Of a stretch of DNA of 64,000 nt, positions 57,081 to 64,000 are shown piece by piece. Position 1 is the first letter of the stretch. Every line of letters begins with the position of its first letter. Under the pieces are notes generated by a model, which saw only the letters and a program-made list of their open reading frames with translations, did not search any database and had not been told where the DNA came from. The stretch is from Rhynchopus sp. YZ270_cl-10 (Eukaryota): assembly GCA_964035575.1 (NCBI GenBank), contig OZ037835.1:1612001-1676000 (forward strand), given 5' to 3'. The translations under genes were made by a program, and so were the position numbers.

Positions 57081-58036
57081 GACACTAACGAAACACTCAA
57101 AGAAGAAATGGAGGGGAAGAAAAAAGCACAGTTATTTATTTGACCGTTGTGAGAGTGGTAGTACCAGAGTATCTTGAGGGGTGCGGTGGGTGGGGTGGGG
57201 GCAAAAGGCGGATTTTTGTTTCATAAAAAGCGCAAGATTATTGGGACGTGTCCAGAACCACCCCCAAAAACGGTTTTCTGGGGGGTTTTGCGGGTGAAAA
57301 GGGTCAGCACACAGGTGGTTCCGTGCTGGTTTTTTCCACAGCACCGACATGTGTGGCGTTTCTCCCAAACAACAAAAAAGCAAATGAATGAAAAGTGTTG
57401 GAAGCAAAAAAGGAAGAACAAAACAATGTTGTTTTCAACAGGGATATGCTCTGAGTGACTATAAAATGGCATTGACCCATTTCTAAAATGTGGTACATGG
57501 GAGACAAATGTGCAGAGCTTTGTGTGCGAATGCAAAGAAAAACATGGTGCTTTGTGAACAGCTCTCAGCGGCCCTGTTCCAACAATGTAGCAAAAAGCCT
57601 GAAAATAGAAAATACAAAACAAACTGTGAGGAGGGTGGAGGGGACTGATATTGTGTGCTGTTTCTTCCTGGTGTGGTTCAGTGTCCAGGTGGTGTCGTGT
57701 GTTGAGGAAACCCGAGTGGTTCGCAAAGAAGACCCTCGATCACCCCACACCCTTCTGCACATTTCCAACAAAAGCGATGAGTCCTTAGGAGCGTACCTCT
57801 TCTCGAAGTACGCAACGACATGTTTTCCATCAATAGGCCCCCCTACCTCCACCTGTTTTCACATCTCTATCACCCTTGTTCTCCTGGTACAGTGTTCTGC
57901 CCAAGTCGGAGGGAAAGGTAATGCACCATTTTGCAAAGACTTCTTTCCTGTTGGTGCATGGTGCATCTGCAACGTGTCTACAGCCCCAACTCCCACAACC
58001 CCACCACACAGCAGAACAACACAAAAGGAAGACAAA

Positions 58037-59077
58037 ATGGAAGTAGTTATCAAGGACTGTGCAGACAACTCGTACGTGATCGAGGTGGGTGTGGATGACA
58101 CAACGGAGACGATGCGGCAGAAGGTGGCGTCTGCAGTGGGGTTGGCTGAGGACAGCTTCCACATGGGCTTCGGAGGGAAGGACGAAGGAGACGACATCAC
58201 GCAGCTGAGTGCTGGAGACACAATCATCCTGACGAAAAGTAAGAAGTTCGAGGCCAGAGCAGCACTTCATGCGTTGGGTGAGGACATAACTGCAGAGAGG
58301 CTGGTGACTGTGGAGGATCCTGAGGTTGCGTGTTTGCTTCTGCAGGCGGAGGTTGCGACTGTCATTCCGTATAGGTTCTTGGCACACACATCGTTAACAG
58401 CACTTGATCTGAGTGCTGTGTCGTGTGTGACGGAAATAGGTGATCAGTTTCTTCACCACTGCACAACGTTGACAAGCGTCGACCTGTCTGGGTTGACACG
58501 TCTCACGCGGATTGGTACCAACTTTCTTGCCGACTGCATCAGCCTCACAACAGTAAACTTATCACCATTCGGCAATGTTACACACATTAGTACAAGCTTT
58601 CTTTTCAACTGCAGCAGCCTCACCTCAGTGGACTTATCACCACTTCGTAATGTTACGGACATTGGTTCAGCCTTTATGGAGAACTGCAGCAGCCTCACCT
58701 CAGTAGATTTATCATCCCTTTGCAATGTTACTCACATTAATATAAGCTTTCTTCAGAAGTGCACCAGCCTCACAGAAGTGGACTTATCACCACTTCGCAA
58801 TGTTACTCATATTGGCAGAGGCTTTCTTCGCAAGTGCATCAGCCTCACAGAACTAGACCTATCACCGCTCAGCAGAGTTACGCACTTTGGTGAGCTACCT
58901 GCTAACAGCTACACTTCGTTGAGGAGCATCCACCTTGCCGGCTGCAGTAATGCTGTGTCCAGTCGAGTACGTGAAGGCGAGCTGAAGAAGTATGTGGTTG
59001 ACGCACCTCCACCTCCACCTCCGACACGTGGCAAAGGCAAGACGAAAGCAGCCTTGACTCGCTGCAGTGTTTCGTAA
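58037..59077 (+). CDS. UBL-LRR-CaaX protein, 346 aa, 7 LRR modules
   Basis: ATG at MEVVIKDC; same architecture; ends DAPPPPPPTRGKGKTKAALTRCSVS. Confidence 0.88.
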   Translation: MEVVIKDCADNSYVIEVGVDDTTETMRQKVASAVGLAEDSFHMGFGGKDEGDDITQLSAGDTIILTKSKKFEARAALHALGEDITAERLVTVEDPEVACLLLQAEVATVIPYRFLAHTSLTALDLSAVSCVTEIGDQFLHHCTTLTSVDLSGLTRLTRIGTNFLADCISLTTVNLSPFGNVTHISTSFLFNCSSLTSVDLSPLRNVTDIGSAFMENCSSLTSVDLSSLCNVTHINISFLQKCTSLTEVDLSPLRNVTHIGRGFLRKCISLTELDLSPLSRVTHFGELPANSYTSLRSIHLAGCSNAVSSRVREGELKKYVVDAPPPPPPTRGKGKTKAALTRCSVS

Positions 59078-60707
59078 AGAGCGACAGGAGAAGCTAGGCA
59101 AGGAACGTAGAGCAGCTCCACTGTGACATCTACTTGACTCAGGAGGCATCTGACCAGGCTGTCGCCCATCTCGACGGCAGCGGCCTCACCCACGCATTCT
59201 CCTTCAGGATCTCGAAACGCTGCAGGATCTCGTGGCTGACAGCGGGGGGTACGGTTCTGGGCTGCGATGTCGGTGTGAGTCTTAATGCACAGTTGCTTTC
59301 TCGTTGTGTAACTGTGCCTTACCAACTAACCAAGCACCGTGTAAAACGATCTTGGAGTGCATGCCGACCCTGTAGTATACTATAGCTGTCGTCCTCCTCC
59401 CGGCTGTGCTCAAGCAAGCCAAGACAGCACAACAACAACAATAATGTGAAATACCACCCATCCTTCTCTCAAATAATCAAACTCAAACTTCCTGGTATTC
59501 TTAAGAAGGTGTACCAAAACACCTCTAGGGTTGGGGATAGGCTTAAAAGGTCTACTTCTTTCTTTGTCCAACAAGCTTTCTGTTTCTTCGTCTGCTTTAT
59601 CTTTAAGTTGTCGTGGTATTGGTAAACGTTTGCTTGCCTATAATACTTTGGCTCATGCTAATATGGGGATTATGGATGCTGACGTGTCTGTCGTGGCCAA
59701 TGTGCATACTGTCATACACACAGATGCTGAGAGTCCTCTAGATGAGAACACGGTGGACTCCCCCGTATTTTCCTTCAAACCCCCCCTGATTCTCCCTCTC
59801 CTCTATTACGTTCGGTTACTCCTCCCCCACGGTGTCCGTGCCTCACCTCAGTCACGCCTCGTCGCGTGTACTCATCTCCCTCGGATTCACCATTGTCTCC
59901 CCCTACCATGCCCCCCATTTTGTCACCAACATTCAACATACTGTGGTGCACGACGAAGTGAGTTGACTGTGGTTTTGCTGTGTCGTTGGCTTACAACGGT
60001 GAAAGCCACAAAGTACAACTATAGTCATTTATTTGACTGTTGTGAGAGGGGTGGAGAGGGGTGGGGTGGGGTGGGGGCAAAAGGCTAGTTTTTGTTTCAT
60101 AAAAAGCTCCAACAATTTTGTAGAATCTGCCAAAGGGAGTGGGGTTTCGTGTGTTTAGTATTTGAGTCGATGGCAAACCCTCAATACCGTATTTCTGGAC
60201 CACTCCCAAACAACAAAAAAGTAATGAATAAAAAGTGTTGGAAGCAAAAAGGAAGAACAAAACAATGTTGTTTCCAACAGGGATAGGCTCCAAGTAACTT
60301 TCCATCAAAAGGCCCCACTACCTCCACCTGTTTTCACACCCCTATCACCCTTGTTCTCCTGGAACAGTATTCTGCCCAAGTCTGAGGGAAAGGCAATGCA
60401 CCATGTTGCGAAGACTTCTTTCCCGGTTGGTGCATGGGGGTATCTGCAACGTGTCTTTGCTAATGTACTTCGTAGCAACCTCGCGGGCTTTGTATCCTTC
60501 GACAACTCGCCTAAGTACCCAGAAGAGGGTCTGTACTCAATGTTGGCCGAATCCTTTTATACTACAGAAGGAAAAGACGCAAAGAGCAATATTACACAAA
60601 GTGGCGTAGTCCGCATGAGTGCTCCTCAATGTGTACGGCTACCTACAAAGGAAGCAACTCCCACAACCCCACCACACAACAGAGCAACACAAAGAATAGA
60701 AGACAAA

Positions 60708-61883
60708 ATGGAAGTAGTTATCAAGGACTGTGCAGACAACTCGTACGTGATCGAGGTGGGTGTGGATGACACAACGGAGACGATGCGGCAGAAGGTGGCG
60801 TCTGCAGTGGGGTTGGCTGAGGACAGCTTCCTCATGGGCTTCGGAGGGAAGGAGGAAGGAGACGACATCACGCAGCTGAGTGCTGGAGACACAATCATCC
60901 TGACGAAAACTATGAAGTTAGTGGCCAGAGCAGCACTTCATGCGTTGGGTGAGAGGGACATCACTGCAGAGAGGCTGAAGACGGTGAGGGATCCTGAGGT
61001 TGCGTGTTTGCTTCTGCAGGCGGAGGTTGCGACTGTCATTCCGAATGAGTTCTTGGCACAGACATATTTAACAGCACTTGATTTGAGTGCTGTGTCGTGT
61101 GTGACGGAAATGGGTGATAAGTTTCTTCACCAGTGCACATCGTTAACAAGCCTCGACCTGTCTGGGTTGACACGTCTCACGCGGATTGGTACCAACTTTC
61201 TTGCCAACTGCACCAGCCTCACAGCAGTCGACTTGGCACTCAGCAATGTTACTCTCATTCATCCACACTTTCTTTTCAACTGCAGCAGCCTCACCTCAGT
61301 GGACTTATCCCCACTCAGCAATGTTACACTACTTGGCCACAACTTTCTTGCCCACTGCGGCAGCCTCACAGCAGTGGACTTATCCCCGCTCAGCAATGTT
61401 ACTCACATTGGTACGGGCTTTCTCTACAACTGCAGCAGCCTCACAGCAGTCGACTTGGCACTCAGCAATGTTACTCACATTCTTTCAAACTTTCTTTTCA
61501 ACTGCAGCAGCCTCACAGCAGTAGACTTATCACCACTTCGCAATGTTGCACAAATTGATGACTGGTTTCTTATCAACTGCAAGAGCATCAAAGTAGTAGA
61601 CTTGTCACCACTTGGCAATGTTACGCACATTGGCAGAGGCTTTCTTTACAACTGCATCAGCCTCACAGAACTAGACCTGTCACCGCTCAGCAGAGTTACG
61701 CACTTTGGTGACCTTCCTGCTGACGGCTACACTTCGTTGAGGAGAATCCACCTTGCCGGCTGCAGCAGTGCTGTGTCCAGTCGAGTACGTGAAGGCGAGC
61801 TGAAGAAGTATGTGGTTGACGCACCTCCGACACGTGGCAGAAGCAAGACGAAAGCAGCCTTGCCTTGCTGCAGTGTTTCGTAA
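60708..61883 (+). CDS. UBL-LRR-CaaX protein, 391 aa, 9 LRR modules
   Basis: ATG at MEVVIKDC; same architecture; ends RGRSKTKAALPCCSVS. Confidence 0.88.
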   Translation: MEVVIKDCADNSYVIEVGVDDTTETMRQKVASAVGLAEDSFLMGFGGKEEGDDITQLSAGDTIILTKTMKLVARAALHALGERDITAERLKTVRDPEVACLLLQAEVATVIPNEFLAQTYLTALDLSAVSCVTEMGDKFLHQCTSLTSLDLSGLTRLTRIGTNFLANCTSLTAVDLALSNVTLIHPHFLFNCSSLTSVDLSPLSNVTLLGHNFLAHCGSLTAVDLSPLSNVTHIGTGFLYNCSSLTAVDLALSNVTHILSNFLFNCSSLTAVDLSPLRNVAQIDDWFLINCKSIKVVDLSPLGNVTHIGRGFLYNCISLTELDLSPLSRVTHFGDLPADGYTSLRRIHLAGCSSAVSSRVREGELKKYVVDAPPTRGRSKTKAALPCCSVS

Positions 61884-62193
61884 AGAGCGACAGGAGAAGC
61901 TAGGCAAGGAACGTAGAGCAGCTCCGCTGTGACAGCTGCTTGTCCCATTCTGCGACGTCGGTGTGAGTCTGAGAAGACAGTGTCTGAATGAGAGTCAGTG
62001 AGGCACTCAGAAAACACAGTTGCTTTCTCGTTGTGTAACTGTGCCTTACCAACTAACAAAGCGCCGTGTAAAACGATCTTGGAGTGCATGCCGCCCCTGT
62101 AGTATACTATAGCTGTCGTCCTCCTCCCGGCTGTGCTCAAGCAAGCCAAGACGGCACAACAACAACAATAATGTGAAATACCACCCATCCTTC

Positions 62194-62775
62194 ATGGATG
62201 TAGAAAGTACGTGACGAAAAAAAAGTACTTTTTTTCCAAAAATCGGGTTACGTGATACTTCACGTACGTGACGTTTTTTGAAAAAAAATTTTACGTGATT
62301 TACGTGATTTCGAAAAAAAAAACGAAAAAAAGTACTTTTTTTTTTTCAAAAAAAAAAAAGTACTTTTTTTTTCACGTGAAAATCAACGTACGTGAAAATA
62401 ATGGAGCGTTTTCGGCCATAAAAATGCCCGAAAACACCCGCATTTGCATTTCCGGAATCCGCCCATTCTGTGGTGGGCGATATACAGAAAAATGGATAAA
62501 ATTTTAGTGACTAAAATTTTCACGAAATATGAACCCATACCCAAATGGGTAAAAAAGTACGTTTTTTTTTTATTTTTCGTCAGGAGCGTGTTCAAATTTC
62601 CCGTTTTTCCCTTTTCTCCCGTTTTTCCCTTTGTCTTTGCCATTTTTTTTTCCAAAAAAAAAAAAATTTTTTTTTTTTGACAAGGCAATTTTCAGGTGAA
62701 AAAAAAATTTTTTTTTTCGAAAATTTTTTGGCCCCCTGGGGTGGGTCTTGGGGCACCGAAAAATGCCAAAAAACA
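62194..62775. other. AT-rich low-complexity block with A/T runs, AAAAGTACTTTT palindromes and many ACGT motifs
   Basis: Begins exactly where similarity to the paralogous 3' flank stops (ccacccatccttc, compare ~59466) and ends at the GC-rich retroelement ORF. Confidence 0.6.
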
Positions 62776-64000
62776 CATGCCCTGAACGGCGACATCTTCC
62801 CCGACGCTAGCCTCCGCCGCCTCAATCTACGGAAGTGTGTGCGATGCGGTACCATCGTCGCTAAGAATGCCAAAGGAGGGACATGCTTCTCGTGCCGGGA
62901 GGCGACTGCCCCATCAAAGGTTCCAGCAGTCCGAGCCAGGTCAGCGGAGGAAGTGGGGGACGATAGCCGGCTTCCATCTGCACAGAACATTGCGTTGAGT
63001 CGCGGCCGCGTCATGGAGTTCATCCCGGACTACATGCTTCGATCTGTGGCCGTGGCGACCAACACCGCCTTACTCGACATCGCGGCCGACAAGCTTGACC
63101 TCGCCGCCTGGAACCGGTTCGGGATGTTGCCCAAAACACTTCTCCGCTCGCGACGCAGTGGGGGGAATGGAAACAGGAAAAAGCGTATGAAGGCGTCGCG
63201 TATCGCAGACGTGCAGCGGTGGGAGAAGGGCGAGTTGTCCGCACTCTGGCGTGATGCGCAGGCCCAAGTGCCTGGGAAGAAGGTGGAACAGGAGGTCCCC
63301 TCCTTCGAGGATCGGGAACGGGCATGTGTCGCTGAGGCTCGGAAGGGTCGCCCCGCTGCCGCCTTCTCCCGCCTTTCATCGGAAGGACTCGCGCCGGACT
63401 CAGCGGCCACGTTGCAAGCTTTGAAGAACAAGCACCCTGCCTGCCTTAACCCTCCTGATGCCAGCGACAATGTGGTGCAGCCAGGCTACCCTGAAGACCT
63501 GACCCCTGCACAAGTGCTGTCTCTGGTGAAGAGCATGCCGCGGGGCACTGCGGCAGGCCCTTCCGGCCTTCGAGCGGACCACCTGAAGCAGATGTTGAAC
63601 GAGAGCGACGTGAACATCCTGCCGGCCCTGACACATGTGGTCAACGCGATCCGGGCAGGCAACGTTCCCGAAGGAGTCACTCCTTTCCTGTCTGGGGCCA
63701 GGTTGATCGCGCTTCCAAAAGGGGTCAATGACGTCCGTCCAGTTGCTGTTGGTGAAACGCTACGGAGGGTGGCTGCGAAGTCGTATGCAGCAGAGGTGAA
63801 GGCGCAGGCGAAGAGCATCCTGCTCCCCGGGAAACAGGTGGGTGTGGGTGTAGAAGGGGGCATCGAGGCAGCGACCGCGACAGTCTGGGACTACGCGAGT
63901 CGTCACAGGGAGCAGGACAAAGTGGTGCTTAAGATTGACTTTGCTAACGCGTTCAACACAGTCGATCGAAGGGCCATGCTGTACAAGACCCGTACCCTCC
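62776..64000 (+). mobile_element. Non-LTR retrotransposon ORF, CRE/SLACS/CZAR-like clade; apparently 5'-truncated and running off the window
   Basis: Stop-free frame 1, missing from the ORF track because it has no stop. It reads CVRC..CFSC zinc motif, GTAAGPSGLRADHL, GARLIALPK...VRPVAVGETLRRVAAK, QVGVGVEGGIEA and LKIDFANAFNTVDR (RT subdomains 0-3). The first in-frame ATG is at 63013. Confidence 0.9.

Noticed and set aside
57488..58036. Long N-terminal extensions of the LRR ORFs (also 55069-55233 and 60351-60707)
   Set aside because: They are not conserved in frame between paralogs and contain unit-specific inserts; similarity starts at the UBL methionine.
59531..60088. 185-aa ORF, and a possible minus-strand retroelement fragment at ~59470-59640
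   Set aside because: Non-ATG start, no motifs and no counterpart in other units; the minus-strand resemblance is too weak to call.

Overview
Eukaryotic, intron-free, repeat-rich region in which all intact genes lie on the + strand. That layout, plus CRE/SLACS-like and TATE/VIPER-like retroelements, suggests a euglenozoan (diplonemid or kinetoplastid) genome; this is inference. (1) 1.8-45.2 kb is a head-to-tail array of 17 complete and 1 truncated, almost identical copies of a 504-aa WD40 + Cys-rich protein gene. Each copy is preceded by a (TCCACC)n tract whose length varies from 14 to 48 units, while the other ~2333 bp are essentially invariant. (2) The array starts inside the 3' end of a disrupted member of a UBL-LRR-CaaX gene family, and three intact paralogs lie at 55.2-61.9 kb. 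The four paralogs differ in the number and order of 25-aa LRR modules and in specific hypervariable positions. (3) 45.2-54.9 kb holds a 1.7-kb (TACTG)n satellite, a scrambled and decayed tyrosine-recombinase retrotransposon mosaic bracketed by 171-bp direct repeats, and a complex G/T-rich satellite, 443 bp of which is also built into every array unit. (4) The LRR spacers carry paralog-specific captured fragments (PH + inositol 5-phosphatase; RNase H-like pieces). (5) The window ends in a 5'-truncated CRE/SLACS-clade non-LTR retrotransposon. No rRNA, tRNA or CRISPR array was recognised.
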